DNA from: Candidatus Multivorans sp. | GTDB taxonomy: Bacteria; Acidobacteriota; Thermoanaerobaculia; Multivoradales; Multivoraceae | Direction: 5' to 3' | Assembly (NCBI GenBank): GCA_965224025.1 | Contig: OZ245033.1 | Location: 2,752,001-2,816,000 of the forward strand | DNA length: 64,000 nt | Part shown: positions 8,944-18,202 of the stretch, piece by piece | Numbering within the stretch: the stretch's first letter is position 1 | Layout: each line of letters begins with the position of its first letter | Position numbers and translations under genes: made by a program | The notes under the pieces: model-generated | The model's input: only the letters and a program-made list of their open reading frames with translations | Told to the model about the DNA's origin: nothing | Databases searched by the model: none

Positions 8944-11373
8944 GTGGTCCGTCCCGGGGGCGGCCTGCATCGAGTCCTGGGATGGGTCCTGCTGACGGCG
9001 ACGGCCGCGAACCTGTTCCCATCCAGCGGCACGGGGTTGGCGCAGGAGGCTCCGCTGGTCCCGACTGCCGTCTCGATTCAGGATGAGCGCGGACGCGGCA
9101 TCGAGGACGTCGTCGTTCAGGTGCTGCGGATGCCGCCGGCAGGCGCGATACGCCCCTATGCCGTGGTCCTGACCAGGACACGGACCGCCGGCGATGGAAC
9201 GACAGAGGGTTCGCTGCCGAGCGTCCGCGGGATGACGGTCGTTGTCGATCACCCCCGCTACGAGCGGTTCGTCGGCGCCTACCACGACGGCCGGCCGCCG
9301 GCGACGATCCGGCTCGGACCTGGACGCGTTCTGGAAGGCCAGGTCCTCTCGGCCGACGGCAGCGAGGCGGCCGGCGCCACGGTCTGCGTGCGCTGGGAGG
9401 ACGACACGACGCCGTCCCCCGCGAACGTCGTGCGACGATGCGCCGACGCGTCGGAGGACGGCCGGTTCGTGGTGTCCGGTCTCTCGGCGTTCGCCGAAGC
9501 GGAGGTCGTGGCGGAGGCCGAGGGCCATGGCCGCGCCGCGGCCGAACTCGCCGGCGACCCTTGGCCGGAACGCCCGCTCGTCCTCAGACTGGACGACGCG
9601 GCGGCCGAGGACGAGGCGTCCACGCTGGCCGCCAGGTCGGGCAGCGTGCGCGTGCAAGTGCTGTCCACCGCCGGGATCCCGATCGACCGCTTTGCCATGC
9701 GGGTTGTGATCCTGCGGCCGCGCTCCCACGCTTTCGCCCGTTGGGAGGCCGAGCAGGATACGTCTCCCGTAATCGTCCCGATTCCCGGCGATACGGCACG
9801 GGGCGATCTCCAGGTCCACTTCCTGGCGGAGAACCACGTCCTCTCCGATGGCTTCCGCCTGTATCCCAATCCGGGGAGCGTCACCGACCTCGGCGTGGTC
9901 TACCTGGAACCGGGCGCCGTCGTCACCGGACGCCTGTTCGACAGCGTCGGGTCCCAGCCTGTCGCCGGCTGCATTCTGGAGCTCCTGCCGGCCGGGAGCG
10001 GGCGGTTCCTGCACCGCCTGCGAGGCCTGCAGCACGTCACGGTCTCGGACGGCGAGGGCGCCTTCCTCCTGGGCGGGCTCACCGAGGGGCGGTACTATCT
10101 CCGCACGGAGTGCAGGACGGGGCCGCCCACCGAGAGGCTCATCGCCCTCGACGACTCGGAGCGCGCCGACCTCGGGGAGATCTGGATGCCCGCGGCGCGC
10201 GCCGTTCGGGTCAGGGTGCATGGGGCCGGCAGCGGCACCATTCACGTGATGGACCGCTTCCGCGAGGCGGGCACTTCTCTGGCGACGGCCGTTCTCCAAC
10301 CGGCGACCGCGCCCGAATCGGCACGGGAAGATCGCGGCGCCTCTTCGTTCGCTGAGGTTCAACTCGCGCCGGGCCGCTACCGGATAGACCTCAGGGATTC
10401 CAGCGATGCCCCTGGCGCCTCTTCCGTGCACCGGGCTCAGGTGGCGGCGGATGGTTCCTTCATGTTGGAGGGTGCGCCCGACGAGTTCCTGTGGATGACG
10501 TGGTTCGCGCCCGACGGCCGAAGCCGCGTCGGTCGGATCTGGCCCGACCGGCCGCTCTCCGAACTCGACCTGGGCGGGACCTCGGTGGTTTCCGGCGAAC
10601 TGCGACCGGCGGCAGGCCGCGTCCTCACGAAGACCAGCGTCGTCCTGATCGGCGATCTTGGTCTTGACGTCGCCGGCACCTTCACGGCGGAGAATGGGTA
10701 CTTCGCTCTGCCTCCGGTACCGCCGGGGCGCTATCGCTTGCAGGCCAACACCGGAGCGGCCCTCGCCACCGCGGACCTCGTCCTGAACGCGGACGAACCG
10801 CCTCCGTTCCAGATCCTGCAGGCGGATGAAGACGGCGTCGGCGAGGTCGAGGTTCGGCTGGCTACGCCAGGCATTCCCCTGGTCGGTGCACGGCTGCACG
10901 TCCTTGGTGCCGACGGGACCCTCGCCGCCAGCCGTCTCGTCGTCGAGAACGGCGTCTTTCTTGCCGGGAACGTGCCGGCGGGAGAGGTCACCGTCCTGTG
11001 GGATCATGGCGGCGCCTGCGTCGGCGCCGACAAGGTGACGCTGGAAGCCGGCCGATCGGCACGGCTGGAGCGCACACTGCGCCTCGGAAGGCTGCTGGAA
11101 CTCCGGTGCTCCGAGCGGAGTTGCGCGGGCGAGACTCTCTCCCTGGTCCGCCTGACGACGGAGGCAGGCGTCAAGGTCGCCCACCATCTGACGGCAGCGT
11201 TGCCCGGTACGACCTTCTCGGACGACGGCCGCGTGGGCCTGGGCTGCCTGACTCCGGGGGCCTACAGTCTCTCGCTCTGGGCGGACGGACGTCGCTGGGA
11301 TGCGGAGTTCGAACTCGAGCCGGGGCCGGAGGAGATTCCGGTGACGGTCACCGTCCGGCCGTCGGCCGGCTGA
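8944..11373 (+). CDS. Secreted protein with repeated carboxypeptidase-regulatory-like (Ig/transthyretin-like) domains
   Basis: Signal-like VLGWVLLTATAA...AQE; repeated G-x-V...DG.F...L..G.Y units. Start approximate. Confidence 0.7.
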   Translation: MVRPGGGLHRVLGWVLLTATAANLFPSSGTGLAQEAPLVPTAVSIQDERGRGIEDVVVQVLRMPPAGAIRPYAVVLTRTRTAGDGTTEGSLPSVRGMTVVVDHPRYERFVGAYHDGRPPATIRLGPGRVLEGQVLSADGSEAAGATVCVRWEDDTTPSPANVVRRCADASEDGRFVVSGLSAFAEAEVVAEAEGHGRAAAELAGDPWPERPLVLRLDDAAAEDEASTLAARSGSVRVQVLSTAGIPIDRFAMRVVILRPRSHAFARWEAEQDTSPVIVPIPGDTARGDLQVHFLAENHVLSDGFRLYPNPGSVTDLGVVYLEPGAVVTGRLFDSVGSQPVAGCILELLPAGSGRFLHRLRGLQHVTVSDGEGAFLLGGLTEGRYYLRTECRTGPPTERLIALDDSERADLGEIWMPAARAVRVRVHGAGSGTIHVMDRFREAGTSLATAVLQPATAPESAREDRGASSFAEVQLAPGRYRIDLRDSSDAPGASSVHRAQVAADGSFMLEGAPDEFLWMTWFAPDGRSRVGRIWPDRPLSELDLGGTSVVSGELRPAAGRVLTKTSVVLIGDLGLDVAGTFTAENGYFALPPVPPGRYRLQANTGAALATADLVLNADEPPPFQILQADEDGVGEVEVRLATPGIPLVGARLHVLGADGTLAASRLVVENGVFLAGNVPAGEVTVLWDHGGACVGADKVTLEAGRSARLERTLRLGRLLELRCSERSCAGETLSLVRLTTEAGVKVAHHLTAALPGTTFSDDGRVGLGCLTPGAYSLSLWADGRRWDAEFELEPGPEEIPVTVTVRPSAG

Positions 11374-11451
11374 GCTGATTCGGCGCTGTCCGGGGTTGGG
11401 CATGTTCCGCGCCTCGCTCCGTCCAACGGCCAGCGGATAGCCTCGCGTGCC

Positions 11452-12654
11452 GTGGGCTTCGTTTGGCATGTCGCGCTGAGGTACTTCCGCTCGACCCGCG
11501 CGGATGCGCACATCCGTGTGCTGTCTTCGCTGACCGCCGGTGGTCTGGCGGTGGGCACTGCCGCCCTGGTCCTCGCCCTGGCGGCGCTCTCGGGCTTTCA
11601 GAACCATCTGCTGGAGGACCTCGCGCAGCACACACCGACCTTGCAGGTGGAACTGGGAGGTCGAGCGGAATCCGGGAACGGGTCGGCCGGGTCGGCTGCC
11701 TCGCTGGTCGACCGGGTGACGGCTACAGAAGGCGTCGTGGCGGCCCAGGAGTTGCTCTACGCTCGCGGCTGGCTGGTCGACAGGACGGGTGCGTTGCCGG
11801 TCGAGGTGGTGGGCTACGAGAAGACGCCGCCGGCATGGATCCCGGTCGAGCACGCTGCCGCTGGGGGCCTGATCGTGCCCGTCTCCGTTGCTCTGCGGAG
11901 GGGGCTGGCGGTCGGCGGCACGGCGCGGTTGGTGTCGCCCCGGCCCGGACTGACGCCGGTGGGGCCGCGGCCGCGTACGCGCACGCTGCCGGTGGCGGCG
12001 ATCTACGACTCCGGCCGCGCGGAGTACGAGGACCTGCCGGTGCTGCTGCCGCTCGAGCAGGCGGCCGCGCTCTTCGCGGGCGGCGACCGCCGGCTTGATC
12101 TGACCCTGGCCCCGGCCGCCGATCCGGAGAACGTGGCCGGCAACCTGCGTCCGGCGATTGCCGCGGGCGAGGGCACGGTGACGACCTGGCGGCAGGCCAA
12201 TCGGGCGCTGCTGTTCGTCCTCCGGCTGGAGAAGGGCCTCGTGTTCTCGGCGGTGGCGCTGATCGTCGCGGTGGCGGCTTTCGCGCTGCTCGCCGCGCTG
12301 TCCCTGGTGCTGTCGAGCAAGCGCTCCGAAGTCGGCGTGCTCGCGGCGATGGGGGCGCCGCCGGCCCGGTTGCAGCGACTCTTTCTGGCGCTCGGCGCGC
12401 TGCTCTCGGTGGGCGGCGCCGGTTTCGGCGGCGCGGTGGGCGCGGGCGTGGCCGTGTTTCTGGACCGCTTCCGGGTCCTTTCGCTCCCGTCTGACGTGTA
12501 CATCGTCGACTATGTACCGTTCCTGGTTCGGGGCCGGGACGTGCTCGTGGTCGTGGTGGCCACGATCGTGTTCACGGGCGCGGCCTCGCTGCTGAGCGCG
12601 CGCAGGGCGAGCCGCCTGGATCCGGTCGAGGCGATGAGGAGCGCCCGGACGTGA
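11452..12654 (+). CDS. Lipoprotein-releasing ABC transporter permease LolC/E family
   Basis: ALRYFRS, GLAVGTAALV..LSGF, EVGVLAAMGA, ASRLDPVEAMR. Confidence 0.88.
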   Translation: MGFVWHVALRYFRSTRADAHIRVLSSLTAGGLAVGTAALVLALAALSGFQNHLLEDLAQHTPTLQVELGGRAESGNGSAGSAASLVDRVTATEGVVAAQELLYARGWLVDRTGALPVEVVGYEKTPPAWIPVEHAAAGGLIVPVSVALRRGLAVGGTARLVSPRPGLTPVGPRPRTRTLPVAAIYDSGRAEYEDLPVLLPLEQAAALFAGGDRRLDLTLAPAADPENVAGNLRPAIAAGEGTVTTWRQANRALLFVLRLEKGLVFSAVALIVAVAAFALLAALSLVLSSKRSEVGVLAAMGAPPARLQRLFLALGALLSVGGAGFGGAVGAGVAVFLDRFRVLSLPSDVYIVDYVPFLVRGRDVLVVVVATIVFTGAASLLSARRASRLDPVEAMRSART

Positions 12655-13319
12655 TCTCGGTCTCCGGAGTCGCCAAGGCCTACCGCGACGGCGACGTCCG
12701 GCGCGAGGTCCTGCGCGGCGTCGATCTCGAGGTCGGCCGCGGCGACACGGCCGCCATCGTGGGACCTTCGGGCTCGGGGAAGTCGACCCTGCTGAACATT
12801 CTGGGGGCGCTGGATGCGCCCGACGCCGGCACGGTTCGCGTCGACGGAGTGGATCTCTCGGCCTCCAGACCCGGAGCGTTGGCGGGGTTTCGGAATCGCT
12901 CCCTCGGCTTCGTGTTCCAGTTCCACCAGTTGCTGCCGGACTTCACGGCGATCGAGAACGTGATCATGCCGGGACGGATCGCGGGCCGCTCCGCGGCGTC
13001 GCTGCAGACTCAGGGGCTGGAGCTGCTCGACCAGGTCGGGCTCAGAAACCGCGCCGCCGACTTTCCGCCGCAGCTTTCCGGCGGCGAGCGGCAGCGGGTG
13101 GCGATCTGCCGCGCGCTGGTGCTCGAACCCCCGGTGCTGCTTGCCGACGAACCGACCGGCAATCTGGACGCGGCCAGCGGAGCGCGGGTGCTGGAGCTCA
13201 TGTACGGCCTTCAGCGGCGGCGCGGAACCACCATGGTGCTGGTGACGCACAATCCCGATGTGGCCGGTCGCTGCGGCAGGGTGCTGCGACTGGACGGAGG
13301 ACGCCTGACGGCGGACTAG
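12651..13319 (+). CDS. lolD: Lipoprotein-releasing ABC transporter ATP-binding protein
   Basis: [35 protein letters not shown]. Confidence 0.92.
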   Translation: MISVSGVAKAYRDGDVRREVLRGVDLEVGRGDTAAIVGPSGSGKSTLLNILGALDAPDAGTVRVDGVDLSASRPGALAGFRNRSLGFVFQFHQLLPDFTAIENVIMPGRIAGRSAASLQTQGLELLDQVGLRNRAADFPPQLSGGERQRVAICRALVLEPPVLLADEPTGNLDAASGARVLELMYGLQRRRGTTMVLVTHNPDVAGRCGRVLRLDGGRLTAD

Positions 13320-13340
13320 AAGCCCGATCCGCGAGCGCCG

Positions 13341-13357
13341 ATAGCGCCCCGAAACTC
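13341..13357 (+). repeat. 17-bp direct repeat, left copy (atagcgccccgaaactc)
   Basis: Identical to 15503-15519. Confidence 0.85.
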
Positions 13358-13672
13358 GGCGTCCGGAGCAAGCAAGTCGAGCACGGCCGCAGCATGGAGG
13401 CGAAGGAAGGCGGCCGCGGCGCGCGATTCTGCGGTCGCGGACTTCGGGTCGACGCGCCGGCTTGAGCGCTTGCCTCGCACGAGTACCGGCCGCGCCGTCC
13501 TGGCAGCACTGACCGTGGCGGATCCTCGGCGGCGTCGGACTCTTGCGCGCGGTCTTCGCCGCGCTGGATCGCCCGATACCGGCACTACGTCGCCCTTGGG
13601 AAAGGTAGACGGCGTCACGGCGTAGGTCTACAGTCTCAGCATGAGCGCGGTTCAACACGGAGGGTACACACG

Positions 13673-14556
13673 ATGAAGACGCCCCGACTCTTCGCACTGA
13701 ATGAAGCCCCTGGACCGCCGTTGCGGAGGTTCTGGATACCACGCGCGGCGTGGTCTACTCGCAAGTGCCGGACACGTTGCGCGCGAAGCTGGAGCGGGAG
13801 GCCGCTGTCTTCGATCAGCGATTCGGTTCCGCTCGCGATCACGGTCTGGAGGAGGGCGAGTCGGCGCCTGACTACTGTGGTCCGTACGACGCCGATTCAT
13901 CGACCATTACATATGCGCCTCCGGAGACGACAGATGTTGAGCTGGCGTTGATGTTGGCGGAAGTAGCCGTGACGGCTACCACGTCAGAAGTCATCCCCGG
14001 ATTCGACGCCGAAGGCAATCCCTATGTGTTGCTCGCGTTGTCTGAGATCGATCCGCTGTTCAGCGATTCGCAACTGCCGGCCTATGCTCTCGTTGCAGTG
14101 GAATCGCTCGTGATCGGTGACCGGGTCTACTGTGGGACTATGCCCTTCGCGAACACGACGCCCTACCAGCCGAGGGCAGGCGGCCGTGTTGCCCTAGGCG
14201 GTTTTCTGGCGTCCAGCTCGACAACCATCGTCGTTGATCCCGTGCACGACGGTTTTTTGGCCGCGTCGGAGGTAGCCAACAGTCAGTTCCGGCTGAACTG
14301 GAAATCCCATGCTCGCAAGCAAGGGCCGACAAGAATGGCCGGTTTGCGGGTTCTGGCAGACGGGCTCGTGTCCCGGGGGCTACGTGATCTGACGAGAGAT
14401 CTTCGCAGCCTAGATGTCTCGGAAGAAGAATACGACGAGCGTATTGGGTTCGCTGACTTCTGGAACGAGACCACGGAGAAAGGTTGTGGGGTGCTGGGTG
14501 CTGAGCGCCTGTCAGATAGTCGCATAGAGCTGAGGTTGCAACCGTGCCCAGAGTAA
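13673..14556 (+). pseudogene. Hypothetical protein with disrupted 5' end
   Basis: GGAGG RBS + ATG 13673 (MKTPRLFAL) is out of frame with the long ORF (open 13705-14556, GTG 13750). Confidence 0.45.
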
Positions 14557-15023
14557 GAGTCTGCCTGACTTTGCTCGTTAGCCTTTCCCTGGTCCCCGTT
14601 GCTGCGAGTGCTCAGCCGGGCTGCGTTCTAGGGTCTGCGGCCGGCACGTTTCGAGCCATTCCCAGCACCATTCGCCTTTTTGCCGATGAGAGTGACGTTG
14701 GTACGAAGCGGGGGAAACAAGGGCTCACCACGCCCGCCCAACCTAACAGCGTGGTCAGTTCCGAGGCTTGCGACGACATTCGACGCGAGATGAACGGCGA
14801 GCCGGATCCTGACCCTGATGACGGCGGCAGCGGCGGCATCGAAGGCGGCAGCGGCGGCATCGATGGCGGGGGCGGAGGAGGAGGTTCGGGAGGGCTTCCG
14901 TCGTGCGCAACGCTACCTGGGGGTTGTCCGCCTCCACCGCCGCCGGAGCCCGACTGTTGTGTGGCTGTCTGTGGCGGCCCGCCAGAGCAGGTTCCCTGCG
15001 ACGAGGACGAGGAAGAAATCTGA
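14544..15023 (+). CDS. Secreted protein with Gly-, Pro- and Cys-rich acidic C-terminus
   Basis: Signal peptide ...VAASAQ; (GGSGGI[E/D])x2 21-bp tandem repeat; PPPPPP; CC..C...C; EDEEEI. Confidence 0.55.
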   Translation: MPRVRVCLTLLVSLSLVPVAASAQPGCVLGSAAGTFRAIPSTIRLFADESDVGTKRGKQGLTTPAQPNSVVSSEACDDIRREMNGEPDPDPDDGGSGGIEGGSGGIDGGGGGGGSGGLPSCATLPGGCPPPPPPEPDCCVAVCGGPPEQVPCDEDEEEI

Positions 15024-15502
15024 GACCCTTCTGAACTCGGCTCCGATTGTGACGGCGATGTGTGTAAGGGCGCCTACTTTCCTTCAAAGTACACCTTCGC
15101 CGCTTCGCGTCCTGCCTCCTGGGTACTCCTCTCGGTCGAGGAGTACACGCTAGCCACTTGTCCACTTTCCGGGACCACCTCAGGGAACGGAGTTCGCCGG
15201 CGCGCTCGTCGATCCGCCGCAGCGCCGCTTGGGCGTACTGCTCGGCCTCGGCGAGTTCTGTCAGAACGCGCCGGTTCGCCTGCATCCGGTCTTCGAGGCT
15301 CAGCGGCTTCGTCATCGCTCGAACCCCACCCGCCGCGGTCCGGGACGATGCGCTGCGGGGTCGGTGCCGGCCGGGTCGGTTGTGGCTGCGGCGGGCCTAT
15401 CTGCTCCTTGACCCAGTGGCGAAGGCGGTCGATCTCCTGGCGGAGTTTGCGGACGCACTGCCGCGGCGCCGCGGCGGTCTTCTCGGTCAGGGCCGCCCGC
15501 TC

Positions 15503-15519
15503 ATAGCGCCCCGAAACTC
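15503..15519 (+). repeat. 17-bp direct repeat, right copy
   Basis: Identical to 13341-13357. Confidence 0.85.
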
Positions 15520-15676
15520 CTTGCAGGCTCGGTGTTTCGGCCCATCCCGTCCTAGCGCCCAGAACCCGGGTGGAGCGATCCGCGCCACCCGCGAACCAGC
15601 CGCGCGCCCGTCATCGGGCGCACGGATGGAACTTGCTTGGCTGCGTTCTGCGGCACAAGATCATAGACTGGGGTCC

Positions 15677-18202
15677 GTGTTCGAGAAGTACAACGAAAAG
15701 GCGCGTCGGGCGCTCTTCTTCGCCCGCTACGAGGCGAGCAAGCTGGGCAGCCGCGTCATCGAGTCGGAGCACATCCTGCTCGGCGTCCTGCGGGAGGGCG
15801 AGGACTCGATCACCGAGCTGCTCCAGCGGCTCGAGGTCAAACCGGAGGACCTCCGCCGCGAGATCGAGGGAGAGCGGGTGTTCGTCGAGCGCATCTCGTC
15901 GACCGCGGAGTTGCCGCTCTCGGAAGAGTCGAAGAAGATTCTCGCGTACGCCTCGCACGAGGCCGAGAGCATGGTCCACTCCTCGGTCGGTTCGGAGCAT
16001 CTGCTGATCGGGGTGCTGCGGGTCGAGGGCTGTTTGGCGCGGCGCATCCTGGTTCAGTACGGGTTCGATGTCGCGACCGTGCGCGAAGAGGTCGCGGAGG
16101 TGGCGCGGGAGCGGGCCAACCGGCGCGGCAAGCAGGAGCTGCCCTATCTTCACGAGTTCGGCCGCGACCTGACCGCGCTCGCCCAGCAGGATCAGTTCGA
16201 CCCGCTCATCGGTCGCGAGGAGGAGGTCGGGCGGATAGTTCAGATCCTCGCGCGGCGAACGAAGAACAACCCCATCCTGCTCGGGGAGCCGGGGGTCGGC
16301 AAGACGGCGATCGTCGAAGGGCTGGCGCAGCGCGTGGTGCTGGGGCGGGTGCCCCGGTTCTTGGCGAGAAAGCGCATCGTCGCCCTCGACCTGTCGTTGA
16401 TCGTCGCCGGCACGAAGTACCGGGGCCAGTTCGAGGAGCGCCTGAAGGGCATCCTCAAGGAGTTGGAGGAGGGCGAGGACGTGCTCGTCTTCATCGACGA
16501 GATCCACGCTCTGGTCGGAGCGGGCTCGGCCGAGGGGTCGCTCGACGCGGCGAACATCCTCAAACCGGCTTTGTCGAGGGGCGACATCGCCTGCATCGGC
16601 GCCACGACGCAGCGGGAGTACCGGCGCTACATCGAGAAGGACCGTTCCCTGCTGCGGCGTTTCCAGGCCATCCAGGTCGAGCCGCCGACGGCCGATGAGA
16701 CGTACGACATTCTGGTCGGGCTCAAGGAGCGTTACCAGGGATTCCACAAGGTGGCCTACGACGACGGCGCGCTGCGGGCCGCGGTCGCCGGGTCGAACCG
16801 CTACATCCCCGACCGATACCAGCCGGACAAGTCGATCGACGTGATCGACGAGGCCGGCGCCAGGGTCAAGCTGCGCAGGGTGAGGGACACGCGCCAGACG
16901 CGCCGGATCGAAACCGAGATCCGGCAGGTGGTCGCCGAGATGAAGGCGGCGATTTCGGACAAGGACTTCGACTGCGCGGTCCGCTACCGGGAGCGCGAAA
17001 TCGAACTGCGGGAAGATCTGGAGAGCATGGAGCGGTTGCATAACCGTGGCGTTGGAGATCAGGTCGTGACTGCCCAGGATGTGGAGGAGGTGATCGCCTC
17101 CTGGACCGGTGTGCCCGTGGCCGCTCTGCGCAACGATGAGGCCCAGCGTCTGATGAACATGGAGGAGGTGCTGCGCCAGCGGATCGTGGGCCAGGAACGG
17201 GCGATCCGTGCGATCAGCCGCGCCATCCGCAGGTCGCGGCTCGGTGTCTCCGATCCCCGGCGCCCGGTGGGTTCCTTCGTCTTTCTGGGACCGAGCGGCG
17301 TCGGCAAGACGGAGGTTGCGCGGCGGCTCGCCGAGTTCCTGTTCGGCAGCCGGAACGCCCTGCTGCGATTCGACATGAGCGAGTACATGGAGAAGTACGC
17401 GGCTTCCAAGCTGATCGGCTCCCCGCCGGGCTACGTCGGCTACGAGGAGGGCGGCCAGTTGACCGAGCGGGTGCGGCGCCAGCCGTACTCGCTGATCCTC
17501 TTCGACGAGATCGAGAAGGCGCACCCGGACATCTCCAGCCTGCTGTTGCAGATCCTGGAGGAAGGGACGCTGACGGACGCCTACGGCAACCATGTCGACT
17601 TCCGCCACTCCCTCGTGCTCCTGACCTCGAACCTGGGCAGCAATCTGGTCCTCAAGGGGGGCCGGATGGGCTTCGGAGGCGTCTCCTCGGACGACGACTT
17701 CGCCCGTGTGCGGGAGGAGATCGAAGCCGAACTCCGGCGATCCTTCAGCCCCGAATTCATCAACCGGATCGACGAGACGATCGTGTTCAATCCGCTGGGC
17801 CGCGAGGAACTGCGGGCGATCGTCGATCTGCTCCTGTCGGACGTGAACGAGACCCTCGCCGAGCGTGGCCTGACGGTCGATGTGACTCCGTCGGCTCGGG
17901 AATGGCTGCTCGAGCAGGCGGGAATCGACCCGTCGACCGGCGCCCGGCCGCTCCGGCGGACGATCCAGCGCCACGTCCAGGACGCGGTGTCCGACCTGCT
18001 GATCCAGCGCACCGGCGCGGAGATCCATCGGATCGAGTTTGATCTGGCGCCGATCCAGGGGCAGAACCCCGGCGGCGAGGGTTCGCTCGCCGAGATGGAA
18101 CTGGTCCTGGAAGTAGTCCCGGGCGCCGGCGGCGAGCAAGTCGCAGCGGCCGGTAGACACCTGGCAGTCCGTGAGGAGGAACCTGCTCTTGCCGAATCCT
18201 GA
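15677..18202 (+). CDS. clpC: ATP-dependent Clp protease ATP-binding subunit ClpC
   Basis: Starts (M)FEKYNEKARR at GTG 15677; two AAA+ modules GEPGVGKT and GPSGVGKT; GYVGYEEGG. Confidence 0.95.
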   Translation: MFEKYNEKARRALFFARYEASKLGSRVIESEHILLGVLREGEDSITELLQRLEVKPEDLRREIEGERVFVERISSTAELPLSEESKKILAYASHEAESMVHSSVGSEHLLIGVLRVEGCLARRILVQYGFDVATVREEVAEVARERANRRGKQELPYLHEFGRDLTALAQQDQFDPLIGREEEVGRIVQILARRTKNNPILLGEPGVGKTAIVEGLAQRVVLGRVPRFLARKRIVALDLSLIVAGTKYRGQFEERLKGILKELEEGEDVLVFIDEIHALVGAGSAEGSLDAANILKPALSRGDIACIGATTQREYRRYIEKDRSLLRRFQAIQVEPPTADETYDILVGLKERYQGFHKVAYDDGALRAAVAGSNRYIPDRYQPDKSIDVIDEAGARVKLRRVRDTRQTRRIETEIRQVVAEMKAAISDKDFDCAVRYREREIELREDLESMERLHNRGVGDQVVTAQDVEEVIASWTGVPVAALRNDEAQRLMNMEEVLRQRIVGQERAIRAISRAIRRSRLGVSDPRRPVGSFVFLGPSGVGKTEVARRLAEFLFGSRNALLRFDMSEYMEKYAASKLIGSPPGYVGYEEGGQLTERVRRQPYSLILFDEIEKAHPDISSLLLQILEEGTLTDAYGNHVDFRHSLVLLTSNLGSNLVLKGGRMGFGGVSSDDDFARVREEIEAELRRSFSPEFINRIDETIVFNPLGREELRAIVDLLLSDVNETLAERGLTVDVTPSAREWLLEQAGIDPSTGARPLRRTIQRHVQDAVSDLLIQRTGAEIHRIEFDLAPIQGQNPGGEGSLAEMELVLEVVPGAGGEQVAAAGRHLAVREEEPALAES

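Noticed and set aside
8635-11853. 1072-aa minus-strand ORF, and similar long antisense ORFs at 15611-18160, 19014-20486, 51061-53559, 55358-56785
   Set aside because: Shadow frames of real plus-strand genes in high-GC DNA; no recognisable motifs.
15251-15271. Fourth copy of palindrome family A (gttctg-t-cagaac)
   Set aside because: Arms are in the opposite order and the flanks do not match; likely chance.
15158-15676. 173-aa N-terminal extension of ClpC given by the ORF track
   Set aside because: The conserved ClpC start MFEKY is at GTG 15677; the upstream part crosses the islet boundary and is low-complexity.
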